The notes under the pieces are model-generated. The model was not told the DNA's origin. It was given only the letters and a program-made list of their open reading frames with translations, and did not search any database. From an uncultured Pseudomonadales bacterium (GTDB taxonomy: Bacteria > Pseudomonadota > Gammaproteobacteria > Pseudomonadales > Azotimanducaceae): 64,000 nucleotides of DNA. The stretch is from assembly GCA_947258825.1 (NCBI GenBank), contig CAMYJX010000004.1, positions 18,122 through 82,121 on the forward strand, given 5' to 3'. Shown here piece after piece: positions 9,058 through 18,774 of the stretch (the first letter of the stretch is position 1; each line of letters begins with the position of its first letter). Both the position numbers and the translations under genes were made by a program.

Positions 9058-9605
9058 ACGACGCGCTCAACTATGTGATCAGCTTTGTCCTGCAGATCGT
9101 CAGCTTTCTGTTTGTCGCCCGCTTTCTGCTGCAGGCTTGCCGGGTTGATTTCTACAATCCGGTCTCACAAGGCATCGTAAAGATCACCGACCCGATACTT
9201 CGCCCGCTCAGAGTTGTTCTGCCCGGCTTCCGCAATCTGGACTTCGCGGCATTTCTGGCCGCCGTGCTGTCCGAGATCATTCTCATCATGTCTCTAACGG
9301 CCCTGCAGGGCGGCTATGCAGGCGGCGTAGGCATCATCCTGGCCTCCGGGGTGCTTCAGGCTCTGATGCTTTGCATCCGAATTTTCTGGTGGTCCATCCT
9401 GATTGTGATCATCGCCGGCTGGATCGCTCCGGGAAACTACCATCCGGCCCTTCTGCTGCTGAACCAGATTACCGAGCCGCTGCTGGCGCCCGCCCGGCGC
9501 CTGCTGCCTGCCATGGGTGGGCTGGATCTGTCGCCGATTCTGGTATTTCTGGTGCTTGGCGTCATTGAGCGCGTGCTGCCCCAGATATTCATGTCCCTTT
9601 TTTGA
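9054..9605 (+). CDS. yggT: YggT-family integral membrane protein
   Basis: 183 aa with multiple hydrophobic helices and the YggT pattern (FYNPVSQGIVKITDPILRPLR...). ATGA overlap with proC. Confidence 0.85.
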   Translation: MNDALNYVISFVLQIVSFLFVARFLLQACRVDFYNPVSQGIVKITDPILRPLRVVLPGFRNLDFAAFLAAVLSEIILIMSLTALQGGYAGGVGIILASGVLQALMLCIRIFWWSILIVIIAGWIAPGNYHPALLLLNQITEPLLAPARRLLPAMGGLDLSPILVFLVLGVIERVLPQIFMSLF

Positions 9606-9615
9606 GTTACCGAGG

Positions 9616-9640
9616 GCTCGGAGCACGCGAGCGTTTTTTT
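9616..9640 (+). terminator. Possible rho-independent terminator after yggT
   Basis: GCTCG (9616-9620), a 7-nt loop, CGAGC (9628-9632), then a run of seven T (9634-9640), 11 nt after the yggT stop. The stem is short, only 5 bp. Confidence 0.4.
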
Positions 9641-9700
9641 GGCGTCTTGATGGCTTCGGAGGCGTTGCTTTAGACTCGCCGTCCCTTTTCACAAGCAGCC

Positions 9701-10864
9701 GTGCCACGCATGACGATGGCTCTTCCTAAAGATTCGGTGGGTTTGATCGAAACCCGGCAATTCCGCTGGGACGCCCCCTTTTCCCTTCAGTGCGGCGAGA
9801 CCCTGCCGGAATTCGAGCTGGTTTACGAGACTTACGGCAACCTGAACGCGGATCGATCCAACGCCATCCTCGTCTGTCATGCGCTCTCCGGACACCATCA
9901 CGCGGCCGGATACCATGACCCGACAGATACCAGACCGGGTTGGTGGGACGCCTGCATCGGCCCGGGCAAGCCCATCGATACGTCAAATTTTTTCGTGGTG
10001 AGCCTGAACAACCTCGGCGGTTGCCATGGCAGCACGGGTCCACTGTCGGAGAATCCGGCGACGGGAAAACCCTACGGCCCAGACTTTCCCATGGTCACCG
10101 CGTCCGACTGGGTGCGCAGTCAGGCCCTGCTTGCAGATCACCTGGGCATCCAGTGCTTCGCCGCAGTCATCGGCGGTAGCCTGGGAGGCATGCAGGCCAT
10201 GCAGTGGGCAATAGATCAACCCGAACGGCTGCGCGCTGCGCTGCTCATCGCCTGCACCGCAAAGCTGTCTGCACAGAACATTGCGTTCAACGAAATCGCC
10301 CGGCAGGCCATCACGTCCGACCCCGAGTTTCACGGTGGCAACTATCGGTCGGTGGGCGCCAACCCCAACCTGGGGCTGATGCTGGCGCGAATGGTGGGCC
10401 ACGTGACCTATCTTTCCGATGACGGCATGCGGACGAAGTTTGGCCGTGAGTTGAAATCCGGAGACCTGAGCCGGGGCCGAGACGTGGAATTTCAGGTAGA
10501 GAGTTACCTGCACCACCAGGGCCGGTCATTTTCCAGCCGGTTCGACGCGAATACCTACCTTTTGATGACGCGGGCGCTGGACTACTTCGATCCCGCACGC
10601 GACTACGAGGACAATCTGGTCAAGGCGCTGAGCGGCGCCAAATGCAGATTCCTGATACTTTCTTTCACCTCCGACTGGCGCTTCTCTGTAGCACGCGCCA
10701 AGGAGATTGTGGATGCTCTCGTGGAGGCGAGGCGCAACGTCGCCAGCGCGATCATCGAGTCCGAGCACGGCCACGACTCTTTTCTGCTGCCGATACCCAG
10801 ATACTTCGATGTTTTGAAAACCTATCTCAACAGGCTGGCTGAAGAGATTCGAAATGCGGGCTGA
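9701..10864 (+). CDS. metX: Homoserine O-acyltransferase MetX (O-succinyl type expected in this lineage)
   Basis: [19 protein letters not shown]...GWWD...[18 protein letters not shown]...[12 protein letters not shown] is an alpha/beta hydrolase MetX signature. Start is GTG 9701 or ATG 9710/9716. Confidence 0.9.
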   Translation: MPRMTMALPKDSVGLIETRQFRWDAPFSLQCGETLPEFELVYETYGNLNADRSNAILVCHALSGHHHAAGYHDPTDTRPGWWDACIGPGKPIDTSNFFVVSLNNLGGCHGSTGPLSENPATGKPYGPDFPMVTASDWVRSQALLADHLGIQCFAAVIGGSLGGMQAMQWAIDQPERLRAALLIACTAKLSAQNIAFNEIARQAITSDPEFHGGNYRSVGANPNLGLMLARMVGHVTYLSDDGMRTKFGRELKSGDLSRGRDVEFQVESYLHHQGRSFSSRFDANTYLLMTRALDYFDPARDYEDNLVKALSGAKCRFLILSFTSDWRFSVARAKEIVDALVEARRNVASAIIESEHGHDSFLLPIPRYFDVLKTYLNRLAEEIRNAG

Positions 10865-11468
10865 CCTGGCGATCATTGCAGAACTGATCGCACCTGGCGC
10901 CCGGGTGCTGGACCTCGGCTGCGGCACCGGAGAGCTGCTGGAACATCTTCAGGCAAACAAGCAGGTAAACGGATACGGGCTCGAGATCGATCCGGGCAAC
11001 ATCACTGCCTGTCTGGCAAAGGGCGTCAACGTGATCGAGCAGAATCTCGATGAAGGCCTGAACAACTTTTCCGACGACAGTTTCGATATGGTCGTCATGA
11101 CCGAAACGCTGCAGTCGGTCAGAGAGCCGAACAAGACCCTGGACGAGATGCTACGCATCGGCAGAGAGTGCGTGGTTACCTTCCCCAACTTCGGCAACTG
11201 GCGATGCAGGGCGCAGCTTTCGCTCCACGGGCGGATGCCGGTGGCACAGCATCTGCCCCATTCCTGGTTCGACACGCCCAATATCCACCTTTGTACTTTC
11301 GACGATTTCGAGCGCCTGTGCTCGGAGAAGTCGCTGCGGATCATCGAGCGCTTCGTATCCGATGCCAATCACACCAATCGACCGCTGATGAATCGCTTCC
11401 CGAATTTTTTTGGCACCTACGCCTTCTACCGGCTGGGACGCCCGCACGCACAAGGGGCCGCTCAATGA
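10854..11468 (+). CDS. metW: Methionine biosynthesis protein MetW
   Basis: 204 aa: [16 protein letters not shown]...GYGLEID...[11 protein letters not shown]...[13 protein letters not shown]. It overlaps the metX 3' end, the classic metXW pair. Confidence 0.9.
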   Translation: MRADLAIIAELIAPGARVLDLGCGTGELLEHLQANKQVNGYGLEIDPGNITACLAKGVNVIEQNLDEGLNNFSDDSFDMVVMTETLQSVREPNKTLDEMLRIGRECVVTFPNFGNWRCRAQLSLHGRMPVAQHLPHSWFDTPNIHLCTFDDFERLCSEKSLRIIERFVSDANHTNRPLMNRFPNFFGTYAFYRLGRPHAQGAAQ

Positions 11469-11911
11469 CCATCACCAGGAATTCAATGATCGCTTCGGCA
11501 CTGGCGTTGGTTCTGGCAAGCACATGCCTGAACGCAATCGCCGAGCAGAAGCAGCAGCTGGGCCCGTGGGAAGCGCACTACGTGCTGGTACCAACCTCCT
11601 TTCTGAAACCAGACATAGCCGCCCGCTACGAGATAACCAGAGGGCGGGATCGGGCGATGCTGAACATCTCGGTGCTGGATGAAGCAGGAAACGCGGTGGC
11701 AGTGGAGATTACCGGCACGATCATCAACCTGCTGAGCCAGCGGCAGCCAATCGATTTTCGGGAGGTCCGTGAGGGGCCAGCCATCTATTATTTGGCGCAG
11801 GTTAAGCACACGGATCGGGAGGTGCTGCGCTTCGAAGTGGACATCACGCCACCGGACGGTTCGGATCGGCGCCTGAAGTTTCAGCAGAAGATGTACTGGG
11901 ACGGCCGATGA
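11465..11911 (+). CDS. DUF4426-like exported protein
   Basis: The internal ATG at 11465 (ATGA overlap with metW) gives [28 protein letters not shown]..., a signal peptide, and 148 aa in total. It occupies the same position as the DUF4426 gene after metW in Pseudomonas. Confidence 0.72.
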   Translation: MTITRNSMIASALALVLASTCLNAIAEQKQQLGPWEAHYVLVPTSFLKPDIAARYEITRGRDRAMLNISVLDEAGNAVAVEITGTIINLLSQRQPIDFREVREGPAIYYLAQVKHTDREVLRFEVDITPPDGSDRRLKFQQKMYWDGR

Positions 11912-12495
11912 AAGTGGTCCTGGCCAGCGGCAACCGGGGCAAGCTGAAAGAGCTGGCTGCGACGCTGGCGGCTGTGGACATGGATCTCGTGAGCCAGGGC
12001 GATCTGGGGATCGAAGGCGCAGCCGAGGACGGGCTTACGTTCGTGGAAAATGCCATCATCAAGGCCCGGCACGTCTGCAGGGTTGCCCAGCTGCCCGCGC
12101 TGGCGGATGACTCCGGTCTGGTCGTTCCTTGCCTCGAAGGCAAGCCCGGAATCCGGTCCGCCCGCTACGCGGGGGAGTCGGCAACCGACGCTGAAAACAA
12201 CACACGACTGCTCGCAGACCTCTCCGGCATCAGCCTTCCGCCTGCCCACTTTTACTGCGCGCTGGTCTATCTCCGACACGCAACGGACCCGGCGCCGTTG
12301 ATTGCCACCGCCAGCTGGCACGGCCGGATTCTAGCCGACGCGCGGGGATCTTCCGGTTTCGGCTACGATCCCCATTTTCTCGTCTCCGGATTGAACCGTA
12401 CCGCCGCGGAGTTGGCCCCGAAAGATAAGAACCGCCTGAGCCACCGCGGCCAGGCCAGCGCTCTGCTCCTCGAGATGCTGCGCCACCACCCGTGA
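11908..12495 (+). CDS. rdgB: dITP/XTP pyrophosphatase (non-canonical purine NTP pyrophosphatase)
   Basis: MKVVLASGNRGKLKELAATL...EDGLTFVENAIIKAR...ALADDSGL...GFGYDPHF...KNRLSHRGQA. Confidence 0.9.
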   Translation: MKVVLASGNRGKLKELAATLAAVDMDLVSQGDLGIEGAAEDGLTFVENAIIKARHVCRVAQLPALADDSGLVVPCLEGKPGIRSARYAGESATDAENNTRLLADLSGISLPPAHFYCALVYLRHATDPAPLIATASWHGRILADARGSSGFGYDPHFLVSGLNRTAAELAPKDKNRLSHRGQASALLLEMLRHHP

Positions 12496-13613
12496 GCCTG
12501 CCGCTGTCTCTCTATGTGCACTTTCCGTGGTGCGTGCGCAAGTGCCCCTACTGCGACTTCAACTCGCACCCGGTGCGGGGGAACCTCGATCAAACCGGTT
12601 ACCTGAAGGCGCTCGTCATGGACGCAAGCACCGCGCTGCAAGCGGTGCCGACCAGGGGAATCACCAGCGTATTTCTGGGCGGCGGAACACCGAGCCTTTT
12701 CGATCCGGGCACCTTCGAGAAGCTGCTGGTGCACCTGCACCCATGGCTGAATCCAGAGGCGGAGATCACCATGGAAGCGAACCCGGGGACAGTCGAATAT
12801 CAGGATTTTTCAGCCTACCGCGAGGCAGGCATCAACCGCATCAGCCTCGGGGCTCAATCCTTCGACCCCGCTCAACTGAAGCAACTGGGACGAGTTCACG
12901 GGCCCGGCGAAATCTGCACCGCGTTCGAACGCATTCGCGCGGGGGGGTTCGAGAACGTCAATCTGGATCTCATGTACGGGCTGCCGGAGCAGACGTCGGC
13001 CGAGGCGATGGACGACCTCGAGCGCGCACTGGCTCTGGGACCGGAACACATCAGCTGGTACCAGCTGACCATCGAGCCTAAAACCGAATTCGCCAGACGC
13101 AGGCCACCGCTTCCCGCCGAGGGGGAGGTGGAGGTCATGGAGGCCAGCGGCCGCGAGCGACTGACCGCCGCAGGCTTCCAACGCTACGAGGTCTCCGCCT
13201 GGTCAAGGCAAGGTCATAAGTGCGAACACAACCTCAACTACTGGCGCTTCGGCGACTATATCGGCATCGGTGCCGGCGCCCATGGCAAGCTGACCCGCGG
13301 TGGGCCGTCAGGGCCAGAGATCGTGCGAACCAGCAAGCCGGCTCAGCCGCGCGTTTATCTTGCCGAGCCGCTCGAGACGAGGCAACGCGCCGTGAGCGAT
13401 GTTGAAATATCCCTGGAGTTTCTGATGAATGCGCTTCGCCTCACCGATGGGGTGAGCGCGGATAGCTTCACGGCGCGCACGGGGCTCCCACTTTCCAGCC
13501 TCGAACCCACCTGGTCCGAGCTGGCGGAGATGGGGCTGATGCGAAACGACAGAATCGCCACCACGGCGTTCGGGTATCGTCACCTTGATGCCGTGCTGCA
13601 GCGCTTTCTGTAG
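12492..13613 (+). CDS. hemW: Radical SAM heme chaperone HemW (HemN-like)
   Basis: LYVHFPWCVRKCPYCDFNS is the CxxxCxxC radical-SAM motif. The protein is 373 aa with a GTG start overlapping the rdgB stop. Confidence 0.9.
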   Translation: MSLPLSLYVHFPWCVRKCPYCDFNSHPVRGNLDQTGYLKALVMDASTALQAVPTRGITSVFLGGGTPSLFDPGTFEKLLVHLHPWLNPEAEITMEANPGTVEYQDFSAYREAGINRISLGAQSFDPAQLKQLGRVHGPGEICTAFERIRAGGFENVNLDLMYGLPEQTSAEAMDDLERALALGPEHISWYQLTIEPKTEFARRRPPLPAEGEVEVMEASGRERLTAAGFQRYEVSAWSRQGHKCEHNLNYWRFGDYIGIGAGAHGKLTRGGPSGPEIVRTSKPAQPRVYLAEPLETRQRAVSDVEISLEFLMNALRLTDGVSADSFTARTGLPLSSLEPTWSELAEMGLMRNDRIATTAFGYRHLDAVLQRFL

Positions 13614-14299
13614 TAAACAAGATCCCAGACCCTGTGACCGAGGCGTTTGCCTCTGGCCTCGAAGCGCGTCTCGAGCCGCTGATGAGCCCCCTGAGAAAGA
13701 TCTCCGCTGGCTGCCGATTCGCTGACGAGTTCCGACTGCGCCTCCAGCACGTTCAGCATCCAGCGGGCATAGGGCTCCCAGTCCGTAGCGAGCCATAGCC
13801 GGCCCCCCGGTCGCAACCGGTCCACCAGCACAGAGACAAACGCACCCTGAATGAGCCGCCGCTTGTGGTGACGCTTTTTGGGCCAAGGGTCAGGAAAAAA
13901 GATTCGAACCTCATCGATGCTTGAGGCACCGAAGGACTTTGCCAGGACGTCTTCGGCGGCCGCTTCAAATACCCGAACATTGGTCAGCTGCTGACGCTCC
14001 AGACCCAGCAGCAGCGAGCCAATTCCCGGCTGGTAGACCTCGACGCCGAACAGATTCCAGTCCGGCCGTTCAACCGCCCAGCGAAGGAGCGCCTGCCCCA
14101 TGCCGAAACCAATTTCGAGCCCCGTCGGCCCTGGCCTGGAAAAGGCGCTTTCAGCATCTGCAGGTTCGAGCACAGGAGGCAAGCAGTAACGGTCGGTGAG
14201 TTGCTCCAGGGCACGGGCCTGTCCCGTGGTCATCCGACCTCGCCGCCGGACGTAGACCTGGGTCTGAACCGGAGCGCCGGAAATCCGAGGCGTCTTCAC
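13580..14299 (-). CDS. trmB: tRNA (guanine46-N7)-methyltransferase
   Basis: 239 aa: GLEIGFGMGQALL...NLFGVEVYQPGIG...VRIFFPDPWPKKRHHKRRL... Confidence 0.9.
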   Translation of the reverse strand: MKTPRISGAPVQTQVYVRRRGRMTTGQARALEQLTDRYCLPPVLEPADAESAFSRPGPTGLEIGFGMGQALLRWAVERPDWNLFGVEVYQPGIGSLLLGLERQQLTNVRVFEAAAEDVLAKSFGASSIDEVRIFFPDPWPKKRHHKRRLIQGAFVSVLVDRLRPGGRLWLATDWEPYARWMLNVLEAQSELVSESAASGDLSQGAHQRLETRFEARGKRLGHRVWDLVYYRKRCSTASR

Positions 14300-14700
14300 C
14301 GCCTGGAAGCGCTGCGCCGGGCTGCCGGGATCAGGCTGAGCCAGCCGACGACGAAGGCCACGCCGCCGAGCGGAGTAACGGGGCCTAGAGCGCGGGGGCC
14401 GCCCAGCGCCAGCAGGTAAAGACTGCCGGAAAACAAGAGGATTCCTGCGATCAGAGCGAAGGCTGCAACGGAAAGGGAGGCCGGGGGCACGTCAGGGCCC
14501 GTGTAACCGAGCTTGAGCCAGAGGCCCGTTGCGAAAAGCAGAAGCGCATGAACGAGCTGATAAAAAACGGCCGTATCCCAGGTTTCCAGTGCCTGAGCCC
14601 CCAGTCGAGCCTCCAGCGCGTGGGCGCCGAAAGCGCCGGCAAGGACGCCCAGCCCGCCGAAGAGGGCTCCGGCGCTGACGAACAGCTGCCAGCGGGCCAC
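14296..14700 (-). CDS. DUF423 (YgdD-like) small membrane protein
   Basis: 134 aa with four hydrophobic helices and the GAFGAHAL motif. It is tightly packed between rpoH and trmB. Confidence 0.8.
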   Translation of the reverse strand: MARWQLFVSAGALFGGLGVLAGAFGAHALEARLGAQALETWDTAVFYQLVHALLLFATGLWLKLGYTGPDVPPASLSVAAFALIAGILLFSGSLYLLALGGPRALGPVTPLGGVAFVVGWLSLIPAARRSASRR

Positions 14701-14703
14701 CGT

Positions 14704-15561
14704 TCAGGCAGCCATGGCCCCCTTGAGCTTCTGCATGGCATTTTTTTCTATCTGCCGGATACGCTCCGCCGATACCTCATACTTGCCCGCCAGGTCGTGG
14801 AGCGTCGCCTTGCCATCGTCGAGCCAGCGCCGTTGAATGATGTCACGGCTTCGGACGTCAAGAACGCTCAACGCATCGCCCAGCTTTTCAAGCGCGACCT
14901 TCCGATGATCCTCTTCCGCAACCAAGTCCGCGGGGTCGGCGCCTTCCAGCTCGAGAAAGTGAACAGGAGCGCGGCTTCCGCCTTCCTCATCATCGTCCGC
15001 AGTCAAGCCATCAAAGGACAGATCGCTGCCGGCCATTCGACCTTCCATGCGCGTCACTTCTTCTTCGCTGACGCCCAGCTCGCTGGCCATGGTGCGGGTT
15101 TCTTCCTGGGTCAGCCAGGCAAGCCGCTTCTTGCTGCTTCGCAGGTTGAAGAACAGCTTCCGCTGTGCCTTGGTGGTAGCTACCTTGACGATGCGCCAGT
15201 TGCGCAGGATGAATTCGTGCATCTCGGCTTTGATCCAGTGCACGGCAAATGAAATAAGCCGTACGCCAACTTCCGGGTTGAAGCGCTTGACGGCCTTCAT
15301 GAGTCCCACGTTGCCTTCCTGAATGAGGTCTGATTGGGGCAACCCGTAGCCGCCATAGGAGCGTGCCAGATGAACGACGAACCGCAAATGGCTCAGCACC
15401 AGCTCCCGGGCAGCCTGAAGGTCGTTCTCGTAGTAGAAGCGCTCCGCGAGGACTTTTTCCTCATCCGCGGTAAGCACGGGGATAGCGCTCACCGTATTGA
15501 TATAAGCGTCGAGATCGCGGCCTGGCGACAGCGCGTTCAATGCAAGTACGTCAGAAGCCAT
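14704..15561 (-). CDS. rpoH: RNA polymerase heat-shock sigma factor sigma-32
   Basis: 285 aa. The RpoH box QRKLFFNLR is present, with region 2 [55 protein letters not shown]. It lies next to ftsYEX as in E. coli and Pseudomonas. Confidence 0.95.
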   Translation of the reverse strand: MASDVLALNALSPGRDLDAYINTVSAIPVLTADEEKVLAERFYYENDLQAARELVLSHLRFVVHLARSYGGYGLPQSDLIQEGNVGLMKAVKRFNPEVGVRLISFAVHWIKAEMHEFILRNWRIVKVATTKAQRKLFFNLRSSKKRLAWLTQEETRTMASELGVSEEEVTRMEGRMAGSDLSFDGLTADDDEEGGSRAPVHFLELEGADPADLVAEEDHRKVALEKLGDALSVLDVRSRDIIQRRWLDDGKATLHDLAGKYEVSAERIRQIEKNAMQKLKGAMAA

Positions 15562-15590
15562 GTGATACCTCCGGTAACACTAATCCTAAT

Positions 15591-15620
15591 ATTCTAGCAC
15601 TCCTTTCGTGAGACTGCTAA
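15591..15620 (-). promoter_or_regulatory. Candidate sigma-70 promoter for rpoH
   Basis: The minus strand reads TTAGCA, an 18-nt spacer, then TAGAAT (preceded by TGC), about 30 nt upstream of the rpoH ATG. This is a motif match only. Confidence 0.3.
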
Positions 15621-15650
15621 ACCCGGGTTTGGTTCCTTAAGCGCCTGTTT

Positions 15651-16562
15651 TCACAGTATTTCCAAGTTTCCGAGGCGCTGTCTGGCGGCAACCAGCGCGC
15701 CAAGGACGCCGAGAACGCCGCCGATCCCGAAAAGGGCTCCGAGAAAACCGGGGATCAGCCCCCCACCCAGCCCGTAGAACAGGCCGAAATAGAGAAAGGG
15801 CCGCCGGATCTGACCATCGGTGGCACCCACCAGCTTGAGCACCCGCAGCTCCTCGAGGCGAGCTTCAATCGCCAGGCGCACCGAGGTGGCGGTAACCAGA
15901 ACCGCCCCCACGCCGAACAGCAGCCCCAGCATGATACCCAGCCGGCTGATCACCCGCGTGATTTCCGTAACCCGCTCCAGCCAGGTTTTCTCCACTGAGA
16001 CCTCGGCGACGCCGGGGGCTGAAGTTACCAGATTCGCCAGCCGCTGCAGGTCAGCCAGACCCGAGCCACCCGCCAGCACCGCACGGGCCGAAGCCGGCAG
16101 GGGGTTCTGTTCCAGCAGCTCGAGCGCGTCGCTGAGGCTGGCATAGCTCTGAAACTCGGCCAGGGCCTGATCCTGGGAAATGAACGCAACCGAGTGAACC
16201 GATGCATCGCTCTCAAGGGTTTCAACGACGTCCTGAACCACCGGATCAGAGGCATCGAGCTGGAAATAAACGGACAGCCCGGGTCGACCGTCCCAGGCAT
16301 CTGTCATCGCGCCAAGGTTTATCTGCAGGAGAAACAGTCCCGCGGGCAACGCCAGAGCAATGCCCACCAGCAGCCAGACCAGCAGGCTGGTGCCTATTCG
16401 GGCGCTCACAAAGTGGAGTGTCTCCCGCGCCACCCGCAGATGGTCGCGGCAGCCGGCAGCGATGCCAGACCGGTTTCGCGGCCAGGGATCGCGACTGGAC
16501 CTAGACTTCGACATGACGGGGCTCATCCGAAGCCAGGTCTTCGGAAGCGGATTCAGCCTCAT
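15651..16562 (-). CDS. ftsX: Cell-division ABC transporter permease-like protein FtsX
   Basis: 303 aa. The first TM is after about residue 60 (TSLLVWLLVGIALALPAGLFLL), followed by a periplasmic domain and three C-terminal TMs. Alternative ATG starts at 16526 and 16514 would shorten the 62-nt overlap with ftsE. Confidence 0.85.
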   Translation of the reverse strand: MRLNPLPKTWLRMSPVMSKSRSSRDPWPRNRSGIAAGCRDHLRVARETLHFVSARIGTSLLVWLLVGIALALPAGLFLLQINLGAMTDAWDGRPGLSVYFQLDASDPVVQDVVETLESDASVHSVAFISQDQALAEFQSYASLSDALELLEQNPLPASARAVLAGGSGLADLQRLANLVTSAPGVAEVSVEKTWLERVTEITRVISRLGIMLGLLFGVGAVLVTATSVRLAIEARLEELRVLKLVGATDGQIRRPFLYFGLFYGLGGGLIPGFLGALFGIGGVLGVLGALVAARQRLGNLEIL

Positions 16563-17220
16563 CTCTCACCACGGCACCGTGGCTCAGCTCGATGATCCGG
16601 GCATCCATCGTCTCGATCAGCTCGCGGTCGTGACTGGCGACGATGACGGTGGTTCCCACCTGATGAAATCGCTCGAAGAGCTGCATGATGTCTCGAGACA
16701 GAGCAGGGTCCAGGTTTCCTGTGGGCTCATCGGCCAGGAGGATCTTGGGTCGCGTGACAACGGCGCGCGCGATGCCGACCCGCTGCTGCTCGCCGGTTGA
16801 CAGGTAACGGGGGAACAGCCCCTCCTTGCTGAGCAACCCAACCCGGGACAGCGCCGCCCGCACTCTCTTTCCGATGTCCTTTTCTTTGAGGCCCGCCACC
16901 CTCAGTGGCAACGCAACATTCTCAAACACGGTACGGTGCGTAAGGAGGTGGTGGTCCTGAAATACCGCCCCCAGGTTCTGTCGATAGTGGGCGAGACGCA
17001 CCGGAGGAATCTGCGTCACATTGACCCCGTTGACCAGAATCTGCCCTCTGGTCGGCCGGTCGAGGCACAACAGCAGCTTGAGGAAGGTGCTTTTTCCGGC
17101 ACCCGAGTGGCCGGTCAGAAAGGTCATGGACCCCGCCTCGAACGCGGCGGTGATATCCCGCAGCGCTTCATGCCCATTCTCGAAACGCTTGCTCACCTGA
17201 TGAAACTCTATCTGGCTCAC
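16501..17220 (-). CDS. ftsE: Cell-division ATP-binding protein FtsE
   Basis: A GTG at 17220 gives VSQIEFHQVSKRFENGHEALRDITAAFEAGSMTFLTGHSGAGKSTFLKLL..., with LSTGEQQRVGIARA and LLADEPTGNLD. The track ORF extends further upstream into ftsY and is not credible there. Confidence 0.9.
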   Translation of the reverse strand: MSQIEFHQVSKRFENGHEALRDITAAFEAGSMTFLTGHSGAGKSTFLKLLLCLDRPTRGQILVNGVNVTQIPPVRLAHYRQNLGAVFQDHHLLTHRTVFENVALPLRVAGLKEKDIGKRVRAALSRVGLLSKEGLFPRYLSTGEQQRVGIARAVVTRPKILLADEPTGNLDPALSRDIMQLFERFHQVGTTVIVASHDRELIETMDARIIELSHGAVVRDEAESASEDLASDEPRHVEV

Positions 17221-17314
17221 AACACCACGGGTCCTGGAGGGGTTATCCCATAAAGAATTGCGACCCAAAGCCAGAACCCGCGTGGATGCTCGAGTTTTGC
17301 CCTGGCACTGAACA

Positions 17315-18265
17315 TCAGTCGTTCGCCAGCAGCGCGTCGACAAAGGGTTCCGCCGCGAAAGGCTTGAGATCGTCGATGCCCTCCCCGATGCCGATGAAAT
17401 AAATGGGCTTGCGTACCTGGCGGGCAATGGCGAAGACCACGCCGGCTTTCGCCGTGCCGTCAAGCTTAGTGAGGATAATCCCGGTGACACCTACCGCGGC
17501 GTCGAACTCCCGAACCTGGGACAGCGCGTTCTGACCGACGCTGGCATCCAGGACCAGCAGAACCTCGTGTGGGGCCCTGGAATTAAGGCGCTGGACGACC
17601 CGTTTGACCTTGGACAGCTCTTCCATCAGGCTCGTCTTGGCCTGCAGCCTGCCCGCAGTGTCAGCGATGAGCACGTCGACGCCTCTGGACTCCGCCGCCT
17701 GCACGGCATCGTAAACTACGGACGCGCTGTCGGCGCCCTGCCCCTGGGCAACAACGGCCACGTCATTGCGTTCTCCCCACGCCTGCAGCTGTTCCACCGC
17801 TGCTGCGCGAAAGGTATCCCCCGCCGCCAGCATTACCGACAGCCCCTGCTGCGTGAAGTAGCGCGCAAGCTTGCCGATGCTCGTCGTCTTCCCCGCACCG
17901 TTGACGCCCACCATGAAAATCACGAACGGGCGGTCGGCGCCAGACACCTCGAATGGTTCTACCAGCGGATCCAGCAGTTCCTTGAGCAAGGATCCAAGCG
18001 CACGGTGCAGGGCCAGCGTGTCGTTCAGCTCTTTGCGGCGCACCCGCAAGGAAAGGTCGGCCATGATCTCCTGCGTGGTCTCGAGGCCGACGTCGGTCAG
18101 CAGGAGCGCAGTTTCGAGATCGTCCAGGACCTCCTGGTCGATTTCCTTCTCCCCAAGAATAAGGTTTCCGACGCCTTCCGCCAGCTGGGTTCGGGTCTTG
18201 CCCAGGCTGGAGCTGAGGCGCTTCCAGAAACCGCCCTTGCCGTTGTTCTCTTCTGTCTCGCTCAA
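17315..18265 (-). CDS. ftsY: Signal recognition particle receptor FtsY (short form lacking a long acidic A domain)
   Basis: 316 aa with an NG domain: FVIFMVGVNGAGKTTSIGKLA, DTFRAAAVEQL, LIADTAGRL, TKLDGTAKAG. TTG start. Confidence 0.9.
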   Translation of the reverse strand: MSETEENNGKGGFWKRLSSSLGKTRTQLAEGVGNLILGEKEIDQEVLDDLETALLLTDVGLETTQEIMADLSLRVRRKELNDTLALHRALGSLLKELLDPLVEPFEVSGADRPFVIFMVGVNGAGKTTSIGKLARYFTQQGLSVMLAAGDTFRAAAVEQLQAWGERNDVAVVAQGQGADSASVVYDAVQAAESRGVDVLIADTAGRLQAKTSLMEELSKVKRVVQRLNSRAPHEVLLVLDASVGQNALSQVREFDAAVGVTGIILTKLDGTAKAGVVFAIARQVRKPIYFIGIGEGIDDLKPFAAEPFVDALLAND

Positions 18266-18354
18266 CGTTCTTGTTCACTCACCGCGTTTGAATCAACATG
18301 CGCCCCAGAAAAATTGCAGAAACCACAACCGGCTCCACTTATTCCGTCATCACT

Positions 18355-18774
18355 ATGGCCGCAAACGAAGTACGCATTATCAGCGGTAAGTGGAAAGGGC
18401 GAAAGCTCAGCTTTCCATCTGCACCAGGGCTCCGCCCCTCCCTCGGCCGGGTGCGGGAAACTCTGTTCAACTGGCTGCGCGCAGAGGTTGCCAACTGCCG
18501 CTGCCTGGATCTCTACGCCGGCAGCGGCGCTCTGGGTTTCGAGGCGCTTTCCCGAGGAGCCGCCGAGGTGACGTTCGTCGATAGGGACCCGAAGGTGATC
18601 AAGGCGCTGCAGGCGAATGCGGCACGCCTGAATGCAGACGGCTGCATCATCGTCCGAAGCAGCGCCCGCAAATTTCTCGCCAGGGCAGGTCAACCCTGGG
18701 ACATCGTATTCCTCGACCCGCCTTTTGCCGAAGATGACCTGACGCCCACCCTCGATGCGCTCCGACAGAAGTGA
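18355..18774 (+). CDS. rsmD: 16S rRNA (guanine966-N2)-methyltransferase RsmD, apparently C-terminally truncated
   Basis: MAANEVRIISGKWKGRKLSFPSAPGLRPSLGRVRETLFNWL...LDLYAGSGALGFEALSRGA...DIVFLDPPF matches RsmD motifs. The ORF stops about 25 aa after DPPF, giving 139 aa from this ATG. E. coli RsmD is 198 aa. Confidence 0.65.
   Translation: MAANEVRIISGKWKGRKLSFPSAPGLRPSLGRVRETLFNWLRAEVANCRCLDLYAGSGALGFEALSRGAAEVTFVDRDPKVIKALQANAARLNADGCIIVRSSARKFLARAGQPWDIVFLDPPFAEDDLTPTLDALRQK

Noticed and set aside
9641-9700. Possible SAM-type riboswitch in front of metX
   Set aside because: Only about 60 nt are available after the yggT terminator candidate. I could not fit the SAM-II/SAM-V pseudoknot consensus. 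A covariance-model scan (Infernal/Rfam) would be needed to revisit this.
13901-13910. GATTCGAACC (reverse complement GGTTCGAATC), a tRNA T-loop-like motif
   Set aside because: It lies inside the trmB coding sequence (…DEVRIFFPDPW…), and no acceptor or anticodon stems can be drawn around it. I found no tRNA in the window.
16501-17490. Over-long ORF-track versions of genes: ftsE as 329 aa, pilT to 7543, yggS from 7377, proC from 8140, argB from 26244, coaBC from 22183, coaD from 18755 and the amidohydrolase from 42385
   Set aside because: The N-terminal extensions overlap neighbouring genes and lack conservation. Internal starts reproduce the canonical N-termini of each family.
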